From the NCBI GenBank assembly GCA_036172245.1, contig JAYWIR010000002.1, positions 2,604,001 through 2,668,000 of the forward strand: a DNA stretch of 64,000 nucleotides, given 5' to 3'. Numbering within the stretch: the stretch's first letter is position 1; every line of letters starts with the position of its first letter. The translations under genes and the position numbers were made by a program. Of this stretch, positions 1-12,300 are shown piece by piece. The notes under the pieces were generated by a model. The model was not told the DNA's origin. It saw only the letters and a list, made by a program, of their open reading frames with translations, and ran no database searches. Source of the stretch: Raillietiella orientalis (taxonomy: Eukaryota).

Positions 1-319
1 GCTAATTTCCAATTTGGGAACGGTGAGGTGTTTGGAAAACCAAACGTGCTTTCCACTAGGGGGAGAGGGAGCCTCCCGGCGTCGAACCATCAGACGTGGT
101 TTTGAACCAGCCTGAAAAAGAAAATGGATAAGTGGGACTTTTTTCCGATGCCTGCGGATGATGATTTAGGAGCAAGGGGTGGAAACAGAGGTTGGGTCGG
201 TTACGTTGCAGAAGCTCGTCCTCGGGGCGTTGTCCTCCACGTCGCAGGCTCTGTGCGGGTCTCATTCGATAGACCGGGATAGAGGCGCACCCGTTAGCAA
301 GCTCCTTGTTTTCCAACGG

Positions 320-535
320 AGACTGATTTATGTTCGCCTTTATTTGTTCAGGATTTACGTCTCCATCTGAACTGGATAATTGCCTTCAATGAGTACTCGG
401 TGGTGTTTACACTTCAAAATACTAAGCAACAAAGTTGCTGAGCGCCCATTTATCTCTCGCACAAAGCCTCTCTGATCGATTCAAAAAGAGTGAAGCGGCT
501 CGCGAATCGTGCCAGTGATTTATCGTCGCGTTAAG
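320..535. promoter_or_regulatory. candidate enhancer (Exd/Pbx-Hox and Forkhead motifs)
   Basis: TGATTTAT at 324 and 516, TGTTTAC at 404, AT-rich island. Confidence 0.4.
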
Positions 536-841
536 CTGTGTCTTTTGAGCTTGAGATGATGTATTTTATCTTTTTTTTTCCTCTCTTTGTCCTCTTCCGA
601 TCCTAGGATTCCCAGCCTCAGAGAGGTCCCGAATCCAGAGCTTCCTGGAATCTGGGCGCCTGTCTCACGTTCGTGCTCCTTCTGGTGTCAGAGCCTTCCC
701 CGAGAGTTCTTGACTTTGGTCCAAGGGAGTTTCACTTTCGCGTGCCTTGTCAGGAACGCTCGTTGACGTCATTGGCGCCAGGAGGTTTGCTCTTCAGATG
801 TGCTCAGCAACTCCCCACGCCGTATTCCCTTTTCTGTTTGA

Positions 842-875
<34 letters not shown>

Positions 876-3800
876 GTGTTCCTGAGGAATCATTTTCCAG
901 CGCCTAGCGGATGCGCTATTTCCGATCCATTCTGCGGGAGTGGCGCGATAACATCCTGACGCACGAATTTTCCATGCAGCTGATTTTTTTTCCTCAGGGT
1001 GCTTTCACGGGACCCTCATTCCCGAGCTGATTAGGGAGGTCCCCTTCCGAAAACTGGTCTGGTCGACGCTGCGCCTCCAGAACGCGTCGCAAAGACGCTG
1101 CCTCTCTCCATGGTGCGCGAGACCTGCGCAGCAACAGCTCAGTCGACTCCTCGAGTTCTCCTCCCTTCCTCCCCTCTGCTGACGCGCCGGTCTGCGAACC
1201 GGTCACCCGGCGGGTCTCCATGAAATTGTGCGTCGTTGGACCAACGGCCCAACCACAATTCCCCTGTAATGTGATTTGTTTTCGTAATAAACGCCCCGGC
1301 TCACCCGGGTGAAAATCGAGTTCTCCTTCCATGCGCAAGACGCCGCTGGATCTTCGTGGACGGGAACGGTGCTGCCATCTCCATTTCACGTCGAGGAATC
1401 TCTTCCGCCCACAATCCTGCGGTAGCGGGAGAATTTCCGTGGGCTGCTGTTTTTCAAGTCGCCGCTGCGTGCTTGGCATCGGTCCTTACTAGGAAGGTCT
1501 TCCCACTTTTCACTCTGATTCTGCTGACCACCAGCCTTCGTTGTTACCAGGATCCAATGAAGGGAAGGATTAGAAGGATGTTGAGCTGTGGGAGGCACGA
1601 ACAGTGGAAGATATTTGTCTAGAGGACACACCCGTTTTCTCCTCAGGCATACCCACAACGGCTGCCGCAGGGAGCGCCACGCTTGCAACACGCCGCGCAA
1701 CTACCAGCGAGTTGGCGCTGACAAGCGAGTGGAGAAACTAGAAGGATCACGTTCCAAAAAAAATGGAAGGAGATGACTGGAGCGCCTCGGAAAATGAACT
1801 GAAAAATTGTAGAGGGATAGTACTGTCCGGAAAGGAAGATTTCATTTAAAAAGGCTCCGGATCACTAAAGAAATGCAAGGGATGGACTTTTCACAGCTTC
1901 CACATTTCATGACCCTCCCAGTTGTGTCCGTTCTTACGGGGGAAGGGCATCCGGCCTGTCACTAGGACTGGAGAATGGGGAAAGTGAGGAGGGGTTGTCA
2001 AATTGAGGGCCCTTTCAGGCGGGTTCGCCTCCTCCTTTCGAACCCGTGTCCTCCTCCTGCCCTGGACCGAGAGTACGCCTCATCGATCTTCGTCGCGGGC
2101 AGATTGGTGTCCTTCTTCGACCGACCGATGATTGGACAGACGATGTAGATCTCCACAGTGGCTGTTTAGAGGATGCTCCGGAGATGCAAACTCTGCGTTC
2201 CCCTTGCGGACCTCGCGGAAGCGTTCACCACTTTTTGCGTGCAGCCGCCTGCATGATGCGTTTTGACCTGTTCTGGCGGAACGATTTCGCGTGACCTTCT
2301 CGCCCGCATGTGGTCATTTCAGCCTCAGTCGTGCTCTCCCGGAGCATCGGTGGAAGGAGACTGATAAAAGAGGTCATCCGGCCGCGAGGAGCGGATGGAA
2401 GGTCAGATCGTCTCCCTCAGCTAACCGGGCATGCTGTGAAATGGACCAGAGCCCATGTTCGCTCGTCACTAAGGGAGAGATGCGAGGCACTCTGAAGACG
2501 CAAGAAGAGTCCACACGCAAGCGCAGATGAGCTGCGTCCCCCCTTGAGAGGGATGCCGCGTTCCTGCTGGAGCTATGCGGTTCCTCCTTGGGATCCGCCA
2601 CGCGGTTCTCACGATCCCTGTTCGGTATTTCAGGGACGGCAGGATCGCTCTGATCATGTGGCACCCCTGCAACCTATGTCATCGGAGACGGCGTCGACGA
2701 AGCAGTGGCGGGACGGAGATGAAATCGGGGCGGTCGTCACCGGGAGAGGTCGATGGGAAGCAGCATCGCTCTTGAAGGTCTCCAAGGAACGTTCCTCCCG
2801 CGAGATGGACCGCAGAGCTCGTTTTGCCTGGGGGCAGCTTATCATCTGGACCGGCGAGTGTTCAAGGTGGTCGTCTGCTCGTGCGTTCTGCTCCATTCTC
2901 CAGAGAAGGCGCGCGTCCGCATCGGAGGAGGCGCTGGTAGGGATCGCTACCTCCACCGAGGGGAGAAACGGGGCCTCAGCTTCCTGGAAGACAGAGCCCC
3001 TTCCCGAGACTCGGGGATCCCGGCTGAGCGGTCCCGACCAGCTAGGAGTTCCCGGAAGCCTTCAGAAGGAACGCTGTTCGCGGGCGCCGTCTGGCGGCTC
3101 GACTCGGGACGACGGAGCAGGGAGGGAACGGGATCCTTCCTGCGGAAGAACGCGAAGATCGGGGCCGGAGCGGAGGAAGCGAGGAAGGAACGCGAGTCCT
3201 CTCCTCCGGGATCGAAGGCATCCGGGAAGGGAGAGTGATAGAGTTCCCCCGCGGATGAGTTTCGGGCTATCTCCCGCGTGGTCAGGCGCTCCGTTGCTTC
3301 CCGGGATTCGCTGCTCCGGGGAACCTTACCGGCATCTTCCCTCCCTTCCGGTTGTGGGGAACCTCGCCCTAGGGAACCCGGGGGAGGCACGTTTTCGTGG
3401 AAGCAGGGCAGGAAGGCGGCAGACGAGGAGGCGGTCGAGCCAGGGAGCGAAGAATCCCTTGGATGGAGAACTTCGAGGAGTTCTCGGGAACACGGAAGGA
3501 AGCTCCTGTTCCTCCCACGCCACACCCTCTTGGAAGAGGCTGCGCGCACGTCCTCCCCCTCACCTTTTCGGCCAGGCGCCCGTCGCCCAGCGGGGCAGGC
3601 GCCCTGCCTGCCTCCTCCCCCTCCTGTGTCGTCGTCCGCGGGGTTGCCTCGCTCCCTCCCTGCCTGCCTGTTGGCGATGGCCAGATTTTTCCCGGGAGGG
3701 GCGGGGCACCTTCCACCAGTCGGCCGGTTTTGCCGGCGTCCCGAGAAGGCAGGCCTTCCTGCGGCGGCTTCCGTCCCGGAATTTGCGGGGCGGCGGCGCG

Positions 3801-4559
3801 CGTGTCCTCTTGGAGTCTCTCGGGGAGGTTGCCGAGCGGCGCTGGCCATTCGGCACTAGGAACCAACGGGAGAGAGACTTTTCCCGATCCTTCCCGGGAG
3901 CTGGCGGCGCTCCTGGATAATCGGCGGCGCATGTGCCGATGGCTCTCCGAGGTCCGGGATCGCGGGGTCGCCTCGCTGAGGGAGGTGGAAGGGGAGAGGG
4001 GGTGGCGGCGCCGTGCTCTGCCTTTCTCTGGTCTGTCTGCCGTCCTGCAGGAGGAGGTCTCTCTTTGGATGGGGGAAGAAGGGGTGGCAGGGAGGGATTC
4101 CTCTCCGGAGGACCGTCGTATCGCAGGGACCTCGCTCCGAGGCGCGTGCGCGGCTTCCCCTCTCCCCTTCCTCCCATCGCAAGAAGAAAAAGAGATGATG
4201 ATGCCGGCAAAACGACCCAGCTGATCCGACCGTTGCCTTGAGCACGCGCTGCAGCGATTCTCTCCCCCTTTCCCCTCCCCCTTTCCTCCTCAGCGTGCTA
4301 AACGACATGCCGAAGTGGCCACAGCGCCACTCCGGCGTATCACCAGGGGGGGAGTGGATGTTTTTTTTTTTTTTTTCTTCTGGGGAGGCTGGCCGGAAGG
4401 AGGAGAGAGAGAGAGAGAGAGAGAGAGGAGGGGGGACAGGGAGGGGGAGACGAAAACGGGGGGCGGTGGCTTGCTTGCTTGGTTGCGCGCGCGCGCCCAG
4501 CCTCCCCTCCGCCCGGCTGCGTGTGACACTACCCGCGACGGGGAACCTACGGCGTTACG

Positions 4560-4870
4560 GGATTCCCGGCTCGTGACGTAATGCTCTCGAGGATTGGCTG
4601 CTGGCTCCCCGATGCGCTGGCTTGATTGGTGCTGCCGCTCGGAGAGGACTCTCGACTACTTTGCAGATATTTGCACATCTCTGATACGTCTCTAGAGGGA
4701 GTGGCCCAAGGGAGGATCTGTTGCCTGGAAAGAGAAACGACAAAAGCCAACCTCCCTGGAGTCAAAACATCAAATTCTCTCTCTCTTATCCGCATTTAGA
4801 GCTGTCATAAGCGCTTTAGCTTTTAGTGCAGTTCTGCGGGTTATTCACGGGGATCCGACTCGTCACTCTG
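4560..4870 (+). promoter_or_regulatory. candidate upstream promoter of COE
   Basis: TGACGTAA (4574), two reverse CCAAT boxes GATTGG (4592, 4624), COE-type site CCCAAGGGA (4705-4713); followed by a repeat-rich putative 5' UTR exon ending at a perfect donor AG|GTAAGT (5328). Confidence 0.55.
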
Positions 4871-4892
4871 TGGACCTTTTTTTACCGGTCGT

Positions 4893-5172
4893 AAAAAAAA
4901 AAAAAAAAAAAAAAAAAGAAAAAAGGAAAAAAAAAGAGAGAGAGGAAGAGGAAGCAGAGGAAGAAGAAGAAGAAGAAGAAGAAGAAGAAGAAGAAGAAGA
5001 AGAAGAGGAAGAAAACAAACAAACAAAGGAAGGAAGAAGGGAAAAGTGGGATCCCCAGTGCTCCTCGGATCGACCGCCGGCAGGAAAACAGCAGCAGCGG
5101 CCGCAGCAGCGACGACAACGAAGGCGACGACGACAACGGCGGCGGCGGCGACGACGACGACCGCAGCGACGA
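4893..5172 (+). repeat. poly-A, (GAA)15 and (CGA/CGG)n simple repeats
   Basis: A-run from 4893, GAA run 4960-5004, CGA/CGG run about 5110-5172. Confidence 0.9.
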
Positions 5173-6040
5173 CCGTGCCCATCCCCAGTGCGTGACCGCG
5201 ATGGATCGCCCCAGCATGAACCGCGGTTGAAACCGAAAGTTCCCTCCCCCCGTCGCCACCGAACCACCGTCGTCCACACCTGACAGCTTCAACTCGCCCC
5301 GCCTTCCCTTCCACAGTGGATTTCAAGGTAAGTGGATATACCAAGGGTGCGGAGCTCCTCCACCCCGTTTGCGCCGTTTTTTGCCGTCCGTATTACCCCC
5401 TCTCCCTTTGATCTCCCGGGCAAGGGAGTCGATCGGCGGAGCGGGTCGGTGGTCGTCCGCATACGCGCTCGGGAGGGAAGGGGGAGAGGGGGAAGGAAGG
5501 GGAGGAGGAGGAGGAAGGGGAGAGGAAGCGGGCACCTGTCTCATCACCTGTCTCATCCGCGTGGGTGGGGCGCGCGCCCGTTCGCGCCCGGGATCCGCGG
5601 TGCCCTCCGAGGGTACTGGCGGCCGACATGCTCCTCTGGGGAAAGGGGGGGGGGCGGCCCTCCGCGCGTCATCCTCAGCCCCTTCGGGAAGGTGGGAATG
5701 GCAGCCACTCGCCAGGATCACGGCCCTTCCTCGCGTCGCCACAAAGCGGGGCGGGAGGGGGGAGAGAAGGGATTTTGCACAGAACGCCTCCTCCCCCTCC
5801 ATCCCCCCCACCCCAAGGTCGTCGCTTGCCTGCTCGGAGCCACCGGAAGGTGCTTCTGGAGCAGTGACCTTTCTGGGGAGCACCTCTGACGGATGACAAA
5901 TGGAACTGTGGAGATGCGTAACGCCGGGCAGGATGGCTCTTCCCGGAACGCACGCGTGCAAGGAGGGGAAGCAAGAAAGAAGCAAAAAAAAAAGGGGAGG
6001 AAGGGAGGGGGGGGGACAAGGAAAGCAAACAAGCGGCAAC

Positions 6041-6059
6041 GCACACACACACACACGTA

Positions 6060-6090
<31 letters not shown>
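6041..6090 (+). repeat. (CA)n-(GCAC)7 compound microsatellite
   Basis: Read directly. Confidence 0.9.
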
Positions 6091-6929
6091 GGACGGGCGA
6101 TCGTACGGGGCGGCGGAGAGGCAGGAGATGGCGTTCCCTCTGCCGCCGCCGCCGCTTCCGGAAACGTTTTCCGGGAGAGAGGGCGCGCTCGCGAGCCTTC
6201 CCGGCCGGCCGAGTTGAGCGGTGCCCGTCAGGAGACCAGGAGCTCCTCTGCCCTCCCTCCCCCCCTTCCCCTCCCCTCCCTCTTCCTCCTCTTTCCACCT
6301 CCGCTCTCCTTCCCGATGGCGCGCGCGCGCGACAGGGGCGGCGAGCCTCCCGCTCGCGGGAGATCCCGGCGGCGGCAGAGGTTCCTGTCCGGGCGCAAAT
6401 CAGATAATTTAACGCCATATTACGGGCGGTGATCACGTGCCGGGCGCGCACGAGACGGGAGCGCGCGCGACGTTCCTCTTCCCTCCCTCCCTCTCCTCTC
6501 CTCCTGAGGGAGCTCGTTTTCCCGCGGAGGGGGATCGCGCGCGAGGAGGCGAGGGGGAGGGGAGGAGGGATGAAGGAGAAGAGGCGACTCCCTCGGGTGT
6601 TCGGAGGTGCTCCGCGGTCCCGGAGGGGGTAAGGAGGGCAGGGATGGGTGCGGGTCGCACGCGCGCAAGGCGAAGCAAGGAGGAGAGGGGGCGCAACGGC
6701 CGTCCGCCCCCTCCTGTGCCCCCTCTCCCCTCCCTATTTGCCTCCTCGCCCACTTCTCGGCGAGGGCTGCTCGCGCGCGCGCCCTCTTTCACCACCGCCA
6801 CCGTCTCCGGGAAGGGGCGCCCTCCCGTCGGACGCGCGGGGGAGAGTTCGCGTGGGAGGTCTTCCTCGTCCGCCAGGGCCATAAATCTCCTCCTAGGACA
6901 CACGGAAGAGACTCCGCCTCTTGCAAAAC

Positions 6930-7057
6930 ATGTTCGCTTTGCAAGACTCCGTTCACCAGCCGAGAGGACCATTAACGAGCCTCAAGGAGGAACCTCTGGG
7001 AGTCCCCAGCCAGCTGCCCGTGAGGTCGGCGTGGATGCAGTCCGTGGTAGACACAAG
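6930..7057 (+). CDS. kn: COE coding exon 1
   Basis: ATG 6930; MFALQDSVHQPRGPLTSLKEEPLGVPSQLPVRSAWMQSVVDT resembles the EBF N-terminus; phase-2 donor AG|GTATTA at 7058. Confidence 0.9.
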
Positions 7058-8741
7058 GTATTATTCCCCTACCTCCACCACACTTTCTCCCTCCCCGTCC
7101 GCCTTCCCTGCTTCTCGCGTCCTTTCCCGACCCCCCCCGCGCCCCGGCGGTCCCCTTTGTTCCCACCCCCGCCGCGGCCGCCCTCGCGCATTAACCCCGA
7201 CCACCCTCGCGCAGCTGGGGTTCGCCCTAATGAAGTGGTCGGCCATGCCGCCGCCACCGTGCCGCCGCCGCTGCCGCCTCCAAGGGGGGGGAGGGAAGTC
7301 AGCGCTTGGGAAAGATGGGGACGCAGCCGGCCTCCTGCCGGAAGCCGCGCGCGAAACCATCCCGTTCCTCCCCGCGACCCCCTTCCCGCCGTCCTGCTCG
7401 CGCCACCGAGGAGGGGAAACGCCTCTACCCGCCTAACCCTCCCGCAACTCTCGCTCCCTGCCTGCCCCCCGTTTGCTGTGGGAAGGAAGGAGCGCGGCGC
7501 TCCACATGCGGGAGGCCTTCCCAGGGGAAAAGGAAGGGCTTCCTACCTCACTGGAGAGGGCCACAAACACCCCCTCCTCCTCGTTCGCGAATGCCGGAAG
7601 CTCGCGTGGGTCTCCGGAGGGATGCATGTGATGTGCCTCCTCCCCCCTTCCGTCTCCGCTGCTGTCCTGCCTGGATGGCACTTTGGGGAACCGCGCTCGC
7701 TACGCGTGTGGGCTCCAGGAAGACGCGTGAGGCAGCCACCGGCCTACTCGGAAAGCCGAGAAGAAATGGAGGGTCTTCTTTTCCTCCCCGAGCGCCAAAT
7801 CCCCCCCGAAGGCAGCGCAGCCCGGAAGAGAAGGAGGAAGAGGGATCGGTTCCCAGCACGCACGTCCTCCTTCTACCCCCTGCTTCCGAACCTAGCAGTG
7901 GCCGGGGGAATCCTTCTGTTCTCTTTCGTAGGAAGCAGGGAGGGAGGGGGGAAGGAGGCAGTGGCGCGGTCCAGGAAGGGAGGGAGGGGGGAATGAACAG
8001 GGATCTCTTCCTGGAGCGCAAAGTCGGCGTACGAGATGCGTTTCGGCCGCCTCCTTCCAGGAGTGCCGGGCTGATCCCGCCACTCACCGCGTGAGGTGTG
8101 CGCTCTCTCATCCTTTCGATAGCATCTTTCCCGGAACGAGACTCTTCTGTTCCCGGGGGCATCCCTCCTCCCGGAGCGCGGTCCCGGCGGCTGCTCAGTC
8201 ACGCTTTCACGGGATACCCTCGGCTCCCGGTGTGTCCGATAAGGACGGCCGAAAGGGTGAGCGAGCGGTCGGGACGCTCCCGGGGAAGGATTAGGATCCT
8301 CGAGCGAAAGAGATCCTGCCGCTCGGGCGCCCGCCGGCCCCACGGGCACATGCGCCGCGCGCGCTAATCCCACAGCTTTCGCACGAGGGGCCGCCGCTGC
8401 TGCCTCCGGGAAATGCGATTTCCTCCCTCCCTCTCTCTCTTTTTTTTTGAATTTCCTTGGCCTAGAGGAGGGGAAGGGGACGTGACCTTCCTCCCCCTCA
8501 CCCGCCGCACTTTCGGATCTCCCGTCGCAGCCAGCCGCTGTTGGCACAGAGAGAGAGGAGCGGAGAGGAGGAAAAAGTGTCGGCGTTTCCCTGGGTTACC
8601 TGTGCTCCCGGAAAGCTGACCGAGTCGAACGGCGGTCACCTAGTGTCCTTCACGTCGTTCCCCCGTCCCTCTCTCCCCCCTTTCCCCGTCCCCCTCCAGA
8701 GGAAAGGAGGAGGCCGGCACGGGGATGTCGTACCGTTGCAG

Positions 8742-8895
8742 CGCAGGGATAGGGAGAGCCCACTTCGAGAAGCAGCCTCCTAGCAACCTGAGGAAGAGCA
8801 ACTTCTTCCACTTCGTGATCGCCTTGTACGACCGCTCGGGGCAGCCCATCGAGCTGGAGAGGACGGCCTTCGTGGGCTTCATCGAGAAGGACATG
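8742..8895 (+). CDS. kn: COE coding exon 2
   Basis: ttgcag| (S)[51 protein letters not shown] |gtaaga. Confidence 0.97.
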
Positions 8896-8952
8896 GTAAG
8901 AGGGACGCAGTGTCCCCGTAGGGGCCGGCCCACACTCTCCTTCCTTCCCAAG

Positions 8953-9016
8953 GAACCGGACGGTCAGAAGACCAACAACGGGATCCAGTACCGCCTCCAG
9001 CTTCTCTACACCAATG
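8953..9016 (+). CDS. kn: COE coding exon 3 (64 nt)
   Basis: cccaag| [21 protein letters not shown](G) |gtgagt. Confidence 0.97.
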
Positions 9017-9280
9017 GTGAGTGGCGGCGGCGAAGGGCGAAGCCCTCGGCTCCCTTCCCCTTCCTTCCTCCCCCCGCCCACCCTCGTCCCTTCCTTCTCC
9101 CGGGGGAGAAGGAGGAGGAGCGGGAGCAAAACTTCTTGCCTCGATACGCTCCCGCTTCCGGTGCGGCGTGTCTCCTTTCCTCTCTCCCTTCAGCGGGACG
9201 CGACCATCCCTGAACCGGCGCCGCCGGGGAAGAGATGACCGCCCGAGAGGATCTTTCATTCCTTTTCCCTTGTGTTCCAG

Positions 9281-9336
9281 GTGTTCGTCAGGAACAGGAC
9301 ATCTTCGTGCGGCTGGTGGACTCTGTCACGAAGCAG
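9281..9336 (+). CDS. kn: COE coding exon 4 (56 nt)
   Basis: ttccag| VRQEQDIFVRLVDSVTKQ |gtgaga. Confidence 0.97.
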
Positions 9337-12300
9337 GTGAGAGGGTGCAGCCGCCTCAGCTGGAGTGGTCCATCGCGGGGGAGGAGGAAGCCGTGAGAGT
9401 GGGAGAAAGGAGCGAAGGGGAAGAGAGGGGAGGCTACCTCTGGAAAGCAAGAAGGAGGAGGAGGAGAAAGAGGAGGGCGAAAGGGATGAGGAGGAAGAGG
9501 AGATCCGGGAGTCTCTTGGGCTGCGACTGGAGCGCGTGCGAGGCACACAGGGATCCGAGAGGACGTCTCTTCCTATGGAGAAGGGAAGAAAGGGGAAAAA
9601 AGTTCACCCTGAGTCCCTTCTTGCGCCCCACCCCCTCCTCTCTCTCTCTCTCTCCTCTCTTGGTTCAAGAGACGGATGGGAGAGCGGTAGGACGCAGGAA
9701 GCGGCCCTGCGGTGCGCATCACTCAGCGGCCCTCCGCTGAGTGGATGGGCAGGACAGTCGAAGGGGGAGTGCAGGTTTGATTCCAGGCCTTCCCTCGGGA
9801 GACGCCAAGCCGCCGAGTAGCTTACCGGTGTGCGAGGTTCGGTCTCTCTGAGACTGCCCCTCCCCTTCTCTCCCGCTCTTTTCCCGGTGTTGTCGTCGGA
9901 TGCGCCCTGCAGCCGCTGGAGAATGCTTGCGATAGCCGCTGGGTGGACGCGAGGTGCCCGGCTGGAAGAAGTCGCCTCCCGTGGACGCCGCGGTAACCAT
10001 GAGAGGGTGTGGTCGGGACGGGGAGGGAGCTCCCGTTTCCGTGACGGTGATCTCCGGAAGGGTGGGAAGAGGCGGTGCAGCGGAATCTCCGTCGGGAAGG
10101 GAGGCCACTAGGGGGAATCGCGCCATGGAGTTCCCCCTCGCTAGCGCGAGCAGATCGAGAGGCTCCTCCACTCTCGCTCTGAGCGGGACTCCGGGACGCC
10201 GGCTGGCCTTCCTGGAAGACCTTGGGAGGTCGGGCGGTTCTCTCGTCCCGTCAGATGCAGCGTCTCGCGTTCCCCGCCCTCTCGCCAAAGGGCGAGTGTA
10301 AAGGGCTTTTCCCCGAAAGAGCGCAGGGGGACGGCCAGGAAGTCGCCCGCAGGGGCGGATCCGGGAGAGGGAGGGAGGAATCTACGGGAAACCCCTGATT
10401 CGGACCGGAATATGGGAGCGACCCCTTTGAGGGGCTATGGGGTTGCATCTGGGAAAGCCGCCGGGAGCCTCTCCCTTTCCCCCCTTCTCTCAGTTCCTCA
10501 AGGACGTGCCCCGGAGGCGAGATCCTTCCCAAGACCTGCCCCACCAAATCCATTCCTCATCCATCCAGGAGATTCCCTCAGTGAAGGACTCTTTCTCTCG
10601 GAGAGTCCAGCCTCCTCCCTCCACCTTGAGCCCGGACTATTCCGGGAGGACCTCCATCGGGCCTTTTCCGAGGACGAGTGTTTCGGGAATCCGGAAGCCT
10701 CACGGGAGTCATGGGCGAAGTTCCTTTGGAACTCCAGGAGGAAGGAGGAGAGAACTTCCCTCCTCCTTGGATGCCTCCCTTTGGAAAGGTATCCAAAGGG
10801 AAATCCAATTCATTCCCTTTGGATAAAGGGGCGGTGGGAAGGGTGCCTCCCGTGCCCGCGCCGGTGAAGTAGGGCCGCCTTCGGGCGCGGGGAGAGGGAA
10901 GCAGGAAGAGCAGGGAGAAACTTGTTCTGCCTGAATGAGGGGCGGGGCGTCCTCGTCTCCCCGCGCCCTCGCGAGGGGCTGACGGGAACGCGTCCGTGGA
11001 GTGGGAGGAGGGCGAGGGAAGAAGAGGTCGCCCTCCTCGCACCTCTCCCGCTTTTTTTCCCGTCGCTTCCTGCAGGAGGCGGAGAGCGCGCGTGCTCCCC
11101 GCCCCGCTGAAAAGCAGGCCCCCGGACGGCGGCGGCTTCCCCTAGGAGAAGGAGAGGGACGCACTTCCTCCACTCCTTTCCTTCCTCCTGCTCTCACTCG
11201 CCCATGTGGTGGGGGACCCCGGCACGGGAGAGAGAGGAGGGTGGAAAGACCTGTGAAGCCAGTCCTCGAAACCGGGAGGGAGGTGGCGAGGGCACGGGAG
11301 GAAAAGGAAGGAGGTGGGGGTGGGAGTGCTGTCCGTCCGTCACCGGGAAACCCCGTCCTGTCAGGGGGACTCCTGGAGGAGCGTCCGATCAGATCTCCCG
11401 ACGACGGCAGGTGGTGACTCATCTCCGAGCGGACGGGAAACTCCCCCTCCGTCGCGATCTCTCTTCCCTGATTTTTATCTTCCCTAGTTTCCCGGCGACG
11501 CGCCCCGCTAATGTATGCGCGCGCGGGTTCCCGGGATCCCGTTCGGCCACCGGAGGCAAACAGACCCGGAGGGAGCCGAAAATGGGATTTTCGCAGCACA
11601 AAAGGTCCGCATCGCCTCGTCCGGGAGCGAGTGCGGCCCCTAATTGGATTGGTGGAGGGACTGCCGTTGGTGCTGCATCCGCTTTTCCCTCCTTCCCCTT
11701 CCCGGTTCCCTTCTCCCGCAGGCGCCCTCCCGACTCCCGCGGAGCGTGCCGCCGTGCACCTTCGGAGGAAAAAAGGGGGTGATGGCAGTGTGGGTGGAGA
11801 TGGCGCCCTGCCGGCCAATGGCACAACTCCAGCGAACTCTTCTCTGGGAATGAGGGAGGGTGGCAGGGGATCGTGCGTTCCGGACGGGGTCCCCAGCGGG
11901 AAACGTGGAGCTGAGATCAAGGCGGGGTGAGGGCCCAGGGAAGGAGTCGGAAGAGAGGAAGATAAGGACGGGAGGGAGGGGATGCTTCCTCGAGAGAAAC
12001 TGAGGAAGAGGAAGAGGCGAAGCCGAAAAGGAGCGCCATCCCCGAAGATCTTGGAGGGACGAGTAGGCAGGGCTGCTGCGAGATGCCGAAGAGTTGCCGC
12101 GCACTCTCCTCCTGATCTGGACCGCGAAGGAAGAGTCCCAAAGCGCTTCTCCAGCAAGCCACGGGAATAGCAGCGGGAGGGTGGACGGGGCTCCTCGGAA
12201 TCTCCTCCTCCGGGAGCGCCTGCTCTTCTCTCCGAGCCGGAGTGCATCCGGGGTTCGTCGGGAAGTCCGGCAAACGGGGAATGGAATCCCCTTTCTCGCT

